64,000 bases of DNA from a virus. Taxonomy: Duplodnaviria; Caudoviricetes. Within the stretch, counting starts at the first letter, position 1. Every line of letters begins with the position of its first letter. The notes under the pieces are model-generated. The model saw nothing but the letters and a program-made list of their open reading frames with translations, was not told where the DNA came from and made no database searches. Below are positions 40,314-49,324 of this stretch, one piece after another. The DNA is taken from the IMG/VR virus record IMGVR_UViG_3300032305_003086, positions 32,001 through 96,000 of that record; one strand, 5' to 3'. Made by a program: the position numbers and the translations under genes.

Positions 40314-40973
40314 ATGATCATAACTGCATACTGTGGGAAAAACTTTAGAAAATGCTTAGAGCTAACTTCAAATAGTTGGGGCTTTTGTCGCAATTTAATA
40401 TTCACAGACACAAATGATTTTGGGATTCAATTGTTTGATTGCGAAACAGCAGATTTCAAAGAAAGCTGTAAAAGAAGAATATTTTGTCTTCAAAAAACTT
40501 TAAAAGAAAATATTGGAGAAGATATCCTTCTTTTAGATGTTGACATAATGATTATTTCAAGTCCTATAGAAGTATTCCAAAATCCATTTGATCTCGCTCT
40601 CACAAGAGTAATAAATAGAAAAAATAGTATATATGAGGATGCAAATATAGGTGTTGTTTTTTGTAAATCAAACAATAAAACAATTGAAATGTGCGAAAGA
40701 TGGATTGATACGACTGATAAATACGCACAAAATGAAAACTTAGGCAACCCTGACCAAACCGCATTAACTGACTTGGCATTATTGGGATATGACGGATTGA
40801 TAGATCTAAAAGTGACTAACTTTTCTGAAAATATCTATAACTTTGAAAGAAACGACATAAAGAGTTGGACAAACGGAATAATCAAATATAAGCCAAAAAT
40901 AATACACCTTAAAAATGGAATGTGGAAAAATGAATATTGTATAAATTGGATTAAAAATTATGTTGAAAAATAA
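40314..40973 (+). CDS. Nucleotide-diphospho-sugar transferase (GT-A)
   Basis: LLDVD, NIGV, PDQ, IIHLK. Confidence 0.7.
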   Translation: MIITAYCGKNFRKCLELTSNSWGFCRNLIFTDTNDFGIQLFDCETADFKESCKRRIFCLQKTLKENIGEDILLLDVDIMIISSPIEVFQNPFDLALTRVINRKNSIYEDANIGVVFCKSNNKTIEMCERWIDTTDKYAQNENLGNPDQTALTDLALLGYDGLIDLKVTNFSENIYNFERNDIKSWTNGIIKYKPKIIHLKNGMWKNEYCINWIKNYVEK

Positions 40974-42345
40974 GAGTTTATTTTATATTGATCCAAAATT
41001 AATATTAAATAAATTTTTCCCATTAATTGGGATTTTTTTTCTATTTAACGATCAAAAAATAAATCTATTTTTATCAATTATCAATCTATTTTTTATATTG
41101 ATCCCCATAACCCGAAGGCCCGATATTGAATCAAATAAAAAATTAATTGGGGAGAGACTAGAGGTTTTGAATTTGGCTATTTTAAATTTTATTTTGCCAA
41201 TTTTCATCCCTTTGTGCTTAAAAAAAATATCAATATTTCCTCCTGAAGATTTCGCTGATTCTTATTCTTTCACCAATAAAAAATTTTTATTTAATCACGG
41301 TAGGCTTTCTTTCAATATTCTTTTTTACTCATGTTTTTTTAGCATTTTTTCTTTGTTCGGACAACAAGTAATTTGTAGTTTAATACTAGCCCTAAGTCTT
41401 AACGAATACATTGTGCCGGGATTAAAAAAAATATCATTGGGTAAAAATTGGCACGATTGGTTGATTAATGAAAAAATAGGTTTTTTACATTATTGGTCAA
41501 GAAAATACGGATGGGCAAATTTCATATCAGAAAAAAAATCTAATCTTATATGTTTTTTATTAAACAACAATAATTTTATCTTAAATTTATCTTGTTTGAT
41601 TTTTGAATTAATGGGTCCAATTTTCATTTTGACAAATTTTTCAAAAAATTTTTGGTGTTACGGAACAGTTTTGTTCCACGCAATCGTGTTCCTGTCTGCG
41701 GGAATATTGTTTTGGCAGAATATAATTTTAGTTTATATGTTAACCTTATTGGACTCTTACAACATATTTTTAGTTTGGTTTTTATGTATTTTATTTATAG
41801 ACAAAACAAAAACAAGACCATTAGGATGGATATCTACAAGATTGTGTGAAAAAATAGAAATTATTGGAGTATTAGAGGATGATAGTGAAAAAATTTTAGC
41901 AAACAATATTTTTGGAACAAGAGAAAGAACAATCGGCATCAGATACGGAAGAACACTGTTAGATGGAAATTATAGAACATTTCACATAGGAGAAACTTCT
42001 TTAGAACAAGCAAATAAAATAGAAGAATCGACCATAGAAGAACTAAAAAATTATCACTACAAGTTTAAGCCGAATATGAAATGGTTAAGATACTTCAAAA
42101 AATTTATAGAATATTCAAAAAAGCCTGAAAGTTGGATATGGGAAAAAATCGTTCCTGAAGGTCAAATTTTTTACACTCAGAAAGACAAATATCATTTCGA
42201 AAAACCACTTAAAAGTATTAAATTTGTTCTTAAAATTTGGTATTTAGATAAAAATTACAAAGAGCATTTACTGGAAGAAAAAGTCTTAAAAACTATAAAA
42301 TCAAATGAGACCAAACTTGTTGAAGAAGCAAGGAAAATAAATTAA
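40960..42345 (+). CDS. Polytopic membrane protein (HTTM-like)
   Basis: Several hydrophobic segments; Y-x-x-PG-x-x-K...W and FEL...FH-x-x-x-x-x-x-x-GILFW pattern. Confidence 0.5.
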   Translation: MLKNKSLFYIDPKLILNKFFPLIGIFFLFNDQKINLFLSIINLFFILIPITRRPDIESNKKLIGERLEVLNLAILNFILPIFIPLCLKKISIFPPEDFADSYSFTNKKFLFNHGRLSFNILFYSCFFSIFSLFGQQVICSLILALSLNEYIVPGLKKISLGKNWHDWLINEKIGFLHYWSRKYGWANFISEKKSNLICFLLNNNNFILNLSCLIFELMGPIFILTNFSKNFWCYGTVLFHAIVFLSAGILFWQNIILVYMLTLLDSYNIFLVWFLCILFIDKTKTRPLGWISTRLCEKIEIIGVLEDDSEKILANNIFGTRERTIGIRYGRTLLDGNYRTFHIGETSLEQANKIEESTIEELKNYHYKFKPNMKWLRYFKKFIEYSKKPESWIWEKIVPEGQIFYTQKDKYHFEKPLKSIKFVLKIWYLDKNYKEHLLEEKVLKTIKSNETKLVEEARKIN

Positions 42346-42356
42346 ATAAATTTGTA

Positions 42357-42384
42357 TTGATTTTCACAATGAAATCAATACAAT
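42357..42384 (+). promoter_or_regulatory. Sigma70-type promoter, probably leaderless, for uvsW
   Basis: TTGATT-16 bp-TACAAT, with ATG 7 nt downstream of the -10 box. Confidence 0.55.
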
Positions 42385-42391
42385 ATGTGCT

Positions 42392-43798
42392 ATGTCTACC
42401 ACTTTAAAAATAGAAAATTGCTATAGTCAGTTGCTATCCGATAATATGGATATGCTATGTGTGTTATACAATAATATGAGATTTAGAGAAAGAAACTACT
42501 TCCATAGCAGATTGTACAAACAAAAATTATGGGATGGATATACCGATTTTTTTAGCAAAAAAACAGGCAAGTTTCTAACGGGATTATTGCCCGAAGTCCA
42601 AGCTGCTTTGGATCACTTAAATGAAAAATACGAAGTGGTAGATAACAGACAACTAGTCAACTTCACAGTTGATCAAATAGATGAAAATTTTCTTGATGGA
42701 TTTGAATTATACGACTATCAAGTAGATCTAGCCAATGCATTAATCAAACATAAAAGAGGAGTAATATGTGCTCCAACGGCTGCGGGAAAGACGGCTATTA
42801 TGTTGTCTATTCTAAAAGCTCTACCTAAAAACTGCCCTACTTTGATTCTTGCAAATAAAAAAAGCTTAGTAGAACAAAATTATGAAGAAATGGTAAAAGC
42901 TGGCTTTGATAGTGTTGGAAGATTATACGCAAATCATAACGAACCAAATGTACTAACATGTGCAACTGTTCAATCTTTGCACAAAATGGAACCTTTATTA
43001 GATAAAATAAAAGCCGTTGTAGTGGATGAAATACATGAAAACATGAGCAAAGAACCCAAAAAATTTCTAAATAAAATGAAAAGTTGCTCTGTTCGTGTAG
43101 CAGTTAGTGCAACTCCATTTAAATTTGGGGGAAAAGATCTTTGTCAAAAGTGGCTAGTAAAAGGCTATTTCGGACCAATATTAAAATCAAAAAGTGCAGG
43201 TGGTGTTCTCAGTACAAAACATTTGCAGGAAAGAGGAATGCTAGCCAAGTCAAGATGTACTTTTTATCCAGTACGAGAACCAGAACTAAAATATGAAATT
43301 TATTTAGACGCAGTAACCCGTGGAATAGCAGAGAATTGGGGATTTCATGATTTGGTGAAAAAATTATCAAATAAGCTTGAGGGAAGAACTCTTATTTTAG
43401 TTGATAGAATAGCTCATGGAGATGCTTTATTTTCTATGATGCCACATTCTTTATGGGTTCAAGGAAAAGATGATCTTGAAACAAGAAAAATGGTAATTGA
43501 GAAGCTTAAATACAGCAAAGAAAAAACCATAGCAATTGCGACTCAACAAATTTTTAACGCGGGCATTAATGTTAAGACTCATAATGTCATTAACGCAGCA
43601 GGTGGTCAGGCCGATCATCATATAATTCAAAGAGTTGGAAGAGGACTTAGAACAGCAGAGGATAAAGATATATTGAACTATTATGATTTTATTTTTCATA
43701 ATAATCAATATCTTTTAAATCACAGTAGAAAAAGAATAAAAATTTTACAGAAAGAAGGACATGAAATAATAATTAAGGAAAACACTAATGATATTTGA
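42392..43798 (+). CDS. uvsW: SF2 DNA helicase (T4 UvsW-like)
   Basis: WDG N-domain, YDYQ, APTAAGKT, DEIH, SATP, QRVGRGLR. Confidence 0.9.
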   Translation: MSTTLKIENCYSQLLSDNMDMLCVLYNNMRFRERNYFHSRLYKQKLWDGYTDFFSKKTGKFLTGLLPEVQAALDHLNEKYEVVDNRQLVNFTVDQIDENFLDGFELYDYQVDLANALIKHKRGVICAPTAAGKTAIMLSILKALPKNCPTLILANKKSLVEQNYEEMVKAGFDSVGRLYANHNEPNVLTCATVQSLHKMEPLLDKIKAVVVDEIHENMSKEPKKFLNKMKSCSVRVAVSATPFKFGGKDLCQKWLVKGYFGPILKSKSAGGVLSTKHLQERGMLAKSRCTFYPVREPELKYEIYLDAVTRGIAENWGFHDLVKKLSNKLEGRTLILVDRIAHGDALFSMMPHSLWVQGKDDLETRKMVIEKLKYSKEKTIAIATQQIFNAGINVKTHNVINAAGGQADHHIIQRVGRGLRTAEDKDILNYYDFIFHNNQYLLNHSRKRIKILQKEGHEIIIKENTNDI

Positions 43799-45320
43799 AG
43801 AAAATTTTGAAAATAAAAAAGCAACAAAAAAAATAAAAATCAAATGTGATTTCTGTGGTGATTTATTTGAAAGAACCAAATTTGAAATACTAAGAGGTAG
43901 AAAAATAATACAAAAAGATTCTTGTTCTAATAAAAAATGCGTGTCTGAGAAGCGACAACAATCTAATATAATAAAATACGGATTCCCAAATCCATCTCAA
44001 AATAAAAATATTAGAAAAAAACAAGAAGAAACCTTGTATAAGAAATATGGAGTAAAAACCCCAGCCAAAAGCGAAATTATAAAAAGCAAAATGGCTCAAA
44101 CAAATTTAATAAAATACGGAAATAAATGCTCCCTACATTCAGAAGAAAATAAAATAAAAACAAAAAATACATGGAAAAAAAAATATGGTTTTGAACATCC
44201 ATTTGCTTCTCCTATAGTCCGAAAAAAAATATATCAGACAATGGATGAAAAGTATGGAAAACACTTTACTAAAACCGAAAATTTTATTGAAAAAACAAAA
44301 AAAACTTGCATAATAAAATATGGATTCGAACATCATTCTCAAAATGAATCAACAAAGAAAAAAAGAAAACAAACAAACAAAATAAAATATGGCTGTGAAT
44401 ATCCTTCTCAAAATCAAGAAATATTAAAAAAAATATTTTTATTGGGAAATCAATTTAAAAATTATGGAAAAACACAAAAAGAAATAAAAAATTACCTAGA
44501 GGCTGTGAGCAATCTAAAATTCGAATCAATCAGAATTGAAAACAAAGAAATAGACATTTTCAATGAGAAAAAAAACATAGGAATAGAATATTGCGGACTA
44601 TTTTGGCACAACGAAGATTCGCCAGATCCAAGAGATAGAAATTATCATTTTAAAAAATATCAATTATGCAAATCCAAAGAAATCAGATTAATTACAATAT
44701 TTGAGGATGAATGGATCAATAAAAAAGATCAATGCAAAAATTATATTAAATCAGTTTTTGGAATATTTGAAAATAAAATATTTGCTAGAAAATGCATAAT
44801 AAAATCATTAGATAAAAAAATATCTAATGATTTTTATAACAAACATCACATTCAAGGAAAGCCAAGCAATACTAAAATTTCTTTTGGCATCTACTACAAA
44901 GAAGAATTGCTTGGTGTGATGAGTTTGGGGAATCATCATAGAAAATGCAATAATATCGTTTTAAATAGATTGTGTTTTAAAGAAAACTATCAAATAATAG
45001 GCGGAGCCAGCAAATTACTTAGTGAATGTATAAATTGGTGCAAAAAAAATAAGATAAATAAAATAACAACATGGAGTGACAACAGATGGTCGCAAGGAAA
45101 AGTATATGAAAAGATGAATTTTTATTTAGAAAAGGAATTAAAACCAGATTATAGCTATGTAAACTTAAATAAAAAATATTGCAGACTATCTAAACAATCT
45201 CAAAAAAAATCATCCACAAAGTGTCCAGCTAATACAACAGAAAAAGAATTTGCAAATAAAAATAATTTGTCAAGAATATGGGATTGTGGAAAAAAAAGAT
45301 GGATCTATAATATTTTTTAA
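43788..45320 (+). CDS. Free-standing homing-endonuclease-like protein (KYG repeats plus PD-(D/E)xK domain)
   Basis: About 6 T-x-x-x-KYG-x-x-x-x repeats, EIDIF...IEYCGLFWH, IFEDEW, ARKC, RIWDCG. Confidence 0.75.
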   Translation: MIFEENFENKKATKKIKIKCDFCGDLFERTKFEILRGRKIIQKDSCSNKKCVSEKRQQSNIIKYGFPNPSQNKNIRKKQEETLYKKYGVKTPAKSEIIKSKMAQTNLIKYGNKCSLHSEENKIKTKNTWKKKYGFEHPFASPIVRKKIYQTMDEKYGKHFTKTENFIEKTKKTCIIKYGFEHHSQNESTKKKRKQTNKIKYGCEYPSQNQEILKKIFLLGNQFKNYGKTQKEIKNYLEAVSNLKFESIRIENKEIDIFNEKKNIGIEYCGLFWHNEDSPDPRDRNYHFKKYQLCKSKEIRLITIFEDEWINKKDQCKNYIKSVFGIFENKIFARKCIIKSLDKKISNDFYNKHHIQGKPSNTKISFGIYYKEELLGVMSLGNHHRKCNNIVLNRLCFKENYQIIGGASKLLSECINWCKKNKINKITTWSDNRWSQGKVYEKMNFYLEKELKPDYSYVNLNKKYCRLSKQSQKKSSTKCPANTTEKEFANKNNLSRIWDCGKKRWIYNIF

Positions 45321-45375
45321 TAACTACGGCTTTACTTGACCGCCAGAAAATCTTCGCTAAATAAAAATAAGCATT

Positions 45376-45888
45376 TCATATAACCACTGATCTAGGCTTG
45401 CTTGAACTCAAAATATTTTGAATGGCGGTCATTTTGCTTTGTAAGGTATCATTTACCAATTTTTGTGCAAATCCTGAGCTTATAGATCCGTTATTAATTG
45501 CTTGAATTATAGAATTTACAATAAGTTGACGCTCTTGATCATTCAATAACGCTTGTGATTCTTCACTGGCACTAACATAAGAATTTATGATTTTGTCAAT
45601 ATTTCCAGGTCTATTTTGTGCTTTATTACTAATTCTTGACCTAATTATTTCCGTAGCTTTCATAATAGCCGCATCATCTTGTATTTTTTTAACAACATTT
45701 CTTCTTTGACCCAAAGCAGCATCAAATATGTTTTTTGCCAAACCAAGTCCAGTAGCATCAATTACAGCACTTGTTGCTACTTTTTTTACACTGTTAAGTG
45801 TATCCCCGGCTATTTGCATATTCGTTATATCGCCCACAAGCCGTTTGTTGTCTTCTAAAAGTTCTAAAAATTCTTTAAATGTTTTCAC
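45376..45888 (-). CDS. Hypothetical protein, capsid-targeting-like N-terminus (MKTFKEFLE)
   Basis: ORF track; shared motif. Confidence 0.7.
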   Translation of the reverse strand: MKTFKEFLELLEDNKRLVGDITNMQIAGDTLNSVKKVATSAVIDATGLGLAKNIFDAALGQRRNVVKKIQDDAAIMKATEIIRSRISNKAQNRPGNIDKIINSYVSASEESQALLNDQERQLIVNSIIQAINNGSISSGFAQKLVNDTLQSKMTAIQNILSSSKPRSVVI

Positions 45889-46193
45889 TGTATCCTCGCA
45901 TTAGGAGCTAAATTTTCACCTTTTAATTTTTCTATTAGATCTTGAATTAATAATCCTCTTTTTACCATTGTTTTAATATAAATTAGCTTATTTGGATTTG
46001 ATTCGAAAATATTTTTAATTAAACCTAAATTTAAAAAATCATCTATTATTTTATTGCTAAATTCATTAGTGCTTCTTCTAAGAATTTCTTTTTTGCCTTG
46101 GTCGGATAAAACCTCAGATCCGCCAAAAATGCCTATAACAGCATCAGAAATATAATCGTCCTTTTCTTCTAACCAAATGGAGAACTTTTTCAT
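45885..46193 (-). CDS. Hypothetical protein, capsid-targeting-like N-terminus (MKKFSIWLEE)
   Basis: ORF track; shared motif. Confidence 0.7.
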   Translation of the reverse strand: MKKFSIWLEEKDDYISDAVIGIFGGSEVLSDQGKKEILRRSTNEFSNKIIDDFLNLGLIKNIFESNPNKLIYIKTMVKRGLLIQDLIEKLKGENLAPNARIQ

Positions 46194-46214
46194 AGTAATA
46201 TATATATTACTATG
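46191..46214. promoter_or_regulatory. Perfect 24-bp palindrome joining two divergent start codons; candidate bidirectional late promoter
   Basis: catagtaatatatatattactatg is its own reverse complement. Confidence 0.7.
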
Positions 46215-47012
46215 AGAATATCATTTAAAAACTGGCTAATGAGGGAAGCTAATGACATATTTGGCTTTCAAAAAACAGATAATAAAAAAGTAGAAGTCCA
46301 GAATGACAAGCCCGTAAAGCGAATAAATATAGAATTAATGATGAGCGAATTATTAAAAATGCCGCTAAATGGGATAATGCCATTTAGTAAATTTTTAAAT
46401 CAAATTCAATGGGGAGAAAATAACGGAGCAATTCAAATGGTAATAAGCCCATTAGGATCTTTCAAAAGCATTATAAGGGGAATGCAAGTAGATTTAGAAG
46501 GAAATCAAGCCTGGATATGTAAAGGTATTATTCCTTACCTAGACACAAACAATACTGAATTTCAAATTGATGAGGATATGGCTCATATGCTATTTGAAAA
46601 AATAGAACAAACCAATCAAAAACAATTAGAATCTGCAATCGGCAATTACTCTAACTTAGAAAATTTAGTAGTAAAGCTAGCAAATGAAACTCAAAGGAAA
46701 AAATTTCTGCCAGAAATATTCATTTTCAGAGGCGTAAAGGAAATCAAGCATAATGAGCATTATATTATACAGTTTGAATGCAGAGGACAAGGAGTAGAAG
46801 CTCCAGGAGGAGCCAGATTACAAATGTTCGCCATAGAAATGACATATAATACAAAAAATGGACTTATTAGATCTTTTGGACATGATATTCAATCTCCTAA
46901 AAAAGGACACGTTTGGAGTCTGCAGCCATCAGAATGGGATGAATACTTCTCACCGGCACAACCGCCATCGGAAATAGTAGATTGCATTTGCAGTGCTCTA
47001 AGCACTTATTAA
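46212..47012 (+). CDS. Hypothetical protein, capsid-targeting-like N-terminus (MRISFKNWLMRE)
   Basis: ORF track; shared motif. Confidence 0.7.
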   Translation: MRISFKNWLMREANDIFGFQKTDNKKVEVQNDKPVKRINIELMMSELLKMPLNGIMPFSKFLNQIQWGENNGAIQMVISPLGSFKSIIRGMQVDLEGNQAWICKGIIPYLDTNNTEFQIDEDMAHMLFEKIEQTNQKQLESAIGNYSNLENLVVKLANETQRKKFLPEIFIFRGVKEIKHNEHYIIQFECRGQGVEAPGGARLQMFAIEMTYNTKNGLIRSFGHDIQSPKKGHVWSLQPSEWDEYFSPAQPPSEIVDCICSALSTY

Positions 47013-47017
47013 AAATT

Positions 47018-47476
47018 ATGAAATTTTCAGAATTTATAAAATTAAAAGAAATGATGGGTTCGGTAGGATCAATTGTATCCTGTAAAGACTTGAATAATCC
47101 CAATTTTCAAGTTCAAGGGGCAGTTTCTAACCTAAGATGCAAAAAGAAAAAAGATAAAATATTGAAAATGAAATTCAATACAAATGAAAGCATTTCAATA
47201 ACACTATCAGAAAAAGCCGAAATTAAGACTAATTTTCCAGAAGCTGACTTTTGGATAATAAGAAAAGGAACTGAGGACAAGGTTGGAAGTCCCACAAAAG
47301 AGTTCAGCCCAGAGCACATAGGAATAAAAGTCATTTCTGATGATCTACTGCCAGATTATTTATATTACGCCATGCAATATATACATTCTACTGGTTATTA
47401 TCGTCCTTTAGCTCATGGAACACTGAAGCTAAAAAACATTAAGGTATCAGATGTTTCTAATATTAAATTAGGATAA
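47018..47476 (+). CDS. Hypothetical protein (MKFSEFIKLKE) with a C-terminal segment resembling a type I R-M HsdS TRD
   Basis: Start set to ATG 47018; LLPDYLYYAM...GT-x-x-x-KNI-x-x-SD-x-x-NIKL. Confidence 0.55.
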   Translation: MKFSEFIKLKEMMGSVGSIVSCKDLNNPNFQVQGAVSNLRCKKKKDKILKMKFNTNESISITLSEKAEIKTNFPEADFWIIRKGTEDKVGSPTKEFSPEHIGIKVISDDLLPDYLYYAMQYIHSTGYYRPLAHGTLKLKNIKVSDVSNIKLG

Positions 47477-47478
47477 TT

Positions 47479-47937
47479 ATGAATAAAAACGACACAAATA
47501 TTAAAAATGCAATTGTAGACATAGCTAAAAGTTTAGAAACAGTATTTAAAAAATATTCTAAAAGCACAAGAGAAAAAGCCTGGGACAAAATAACAAGCAA
47601 AGATGGCGAAAAAGAAATAAAAAAAATAATTGTTGACCCCAATAGACCAATAAATACATTTCAGAAATTAGCAACACAAAAAGATGAGTCTTGCAAATTT
47701 TCAAAATGGCTAGAACTAAGAGAAGATTCAGAAGATTCGGAAGAATTAAAACACTACATGTTTTTTTCAAATCTCAAAGCAATAAAAGAAAAAGCAGATA
47801 AATTATTGCAAATGGATCCTAAAAAATTAGACAAAATGATTGAAGATGGACACGATTGGGCATCAGATCATATATCGTCATCAAGAGATGATATAGAAGA
47901 AGTATACAACTGGATATCGGGGGAGGTTGAGCAATGA
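47479..47937 (+). CDS. Hypothetical protein (internal KFSKWLELRE; YMFFSNL...HDWASDHI domain)
   Basis: ORF track. Confidence 0.65.
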   Translation: MNKNDTNIKNAIVDIAKSLETVFKKYSKSTREKAWDKITSKDGEKEIKKIIVDPNRPINTFQKLATQKDESCKFSKWLELREDSEDSEELKHYMFFSNLKAIKEKADKLLQMDPKKLDKMIEDGHDWASDHISSSRDDIEEVYNWISGEVEQ

Positions 47938-48341
47938 AATTTAGTGAATGGTTAGAAATAAGAGAAGAAAAAGATGCTTGTTATTATAAAGTAAAAGCTA
48001 GTGCATCTGTTTGGCCCTCTGCCTATGCTAGCGGAAGGCTTGTGCAATGCAGGAAAAAAGGAGCTAAGAATTATGGAAAAAAAAGAGAACAAGTAGAAAT
48101 AAATGAGTCTAAGTTCAAACTGGAAAAGGAAAGAGGCCTAAAAGGTTGGTTTGATAGAAACAATGGCAAGGGATGGATAGATTGCAAAGCAAGCAAAAAA
48201 GGAAATTTGGTACCTTGTGGAAGAAAAAAAACAGGCAAAGGAGCAGAAAGAGAATATCCAGCGTGCAGACCAACTTTATCAGCGTGCAATAAAAAAGGTA
48301 AAAAAAGAAAAAAGAGCAGCAAAAGAATAAGTTGGGAATAA
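47934..48341 (+). CDS. Basic Cys-rich phage protein, capsid-targeting-like N-terminus (MKFSEWLEIRE)
   Basis: DACYYKVK...WPSAYASG-x-LVQCRK and PCGR...YPACRP modules, seen in T4-like aquatic phages. Confidence 0.7.
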   Translation: MKFSEWLEIREEKDACYYKVKASASVWPSAYASGRLVQCRKKGAKNYGKKREQVEINESKFKLEKERGLKGWFDRNNGKGWIDCKASKKGNLVPCGRKKTGKGAEREYPACRPTLSACNKKGKKRKKSSKRISWE

Positions 48342-49324
48342 TGAAAACTTTTTATCAATTTTTAGAAAATATAAATTCTAATTTAGTTAAAATTGAATTG
48401 GAAAATTTAAAAAAATTATTAACAAAAAAACTTGAAGATTTTTTCACAGACCATGAAGACACAACAGAAGAATTGAAAAATTTCAAATTAGATTTGAACT
48501 ATGTGAAAAAAGAGCTAAAAAATTATCCTAAATTAAATGAACTTATAAATCATTTATCTATTAATAAAAATGATAATAGCTGGTACGATGGACTGCGTAT
48601 TTGGCAAAAGTCTCTACCTTCAGAAGAAGGATATAAGGTTTTCGATGTGATAAGATATCTAATGAAATATCAAGATTCACTAGAAGAAAGAAAAATTGAT
48701 AAAAATGAATATTATAAATATTTGAATGAAGTTTTAGAAAAAACCCAATCAAACATGATGGTAATTAAATCTGATATTGAAAGCTCAATTTATAAAGTGG
48801 ATTGGAATGGATCCATTGTAACAATTTTCCCATTACACCATCAAACTGATGAGGATTTCTTATCTCCTTCAATAAGTGCAGAAATTAAAGTTGGGAATAA
48901 ACAAGGAGATTTTCAATATTGGAAAGAAGGAGGAAAATTCATAATAGAAGACATTCTAGAGTCAGATGAAGAAGAATCAAAATATTTTTTCACAAACGAA
49001 CAAGAAAAACAAGATTATTTCAATCTGATTTCTCAACTTCAAAATCCAAATAAAAAAGATCAAATACTAACACTATACACAGCAAGACCAGCTAAAGATA
49101 GAGATTTTTATAGCAAAACAGATTACTTGCCAGCTAATATATTTTTATCAAATAGTTTTAGTCATGTGGATGGACTTGCTGGAGATCTACAAGGAATGGA
49201 AGAAAGAAGAGATATTTACAAAGTAAAAATAAACAGCAAATATCTAATAAAGACACTAGACGGCCCAGTCAAATATTATCAAGTAATAAAAGACTCACCA
49301 GTAGAATACATTGGATTATATTAA
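48341..49324 (+). CDS. Hypothetical protein, capsid-targeting-like N-terminus (MKTFYQFLE)
   Basis: Start set to ATG 48341 (TAATG overlap). Confidence 0.7.
   Translation: MKTFYQFLENINSNLVKIELENLKKLLTKKLEDFFTDHEDTTEELKNFKLDLNYVKKELKNYPKLNELINHLSINKNDNSWYDGLRIWQKSLPSEEGYKVFDVIRYLMKYQDSLEERKIDKNEYYKYLNEVLEKTQSNMMVIKSDIESSIYKVDWNGSIVTIFPLHHQTDEDFLSPSISAEIKVGNKQGDFQYWKEGGKFIIEDILESDEEESKYFFTNEQEKQDYFNLISQLQNPNKKDQILTLYTARPAKDRDFYSKTDYLPANIFLSNSFSHVDGLAGDLQGMEERRDIYKVKINSKYLIKTLDGPVKYYQVIKDSPVEYIGLY

Noticed and set aside
1-42345. Bacterial capsule/LPS locus or eukaryotic giant virus origin
   Set aside because: The GTs are interleaved with T4-like gp46/47, UvsW, gp41, gp32 and UvsX genes and bacterial-type SD and promoter signals. 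No wzx/wzy/ABC export genes or NCLDV core genes are seen.
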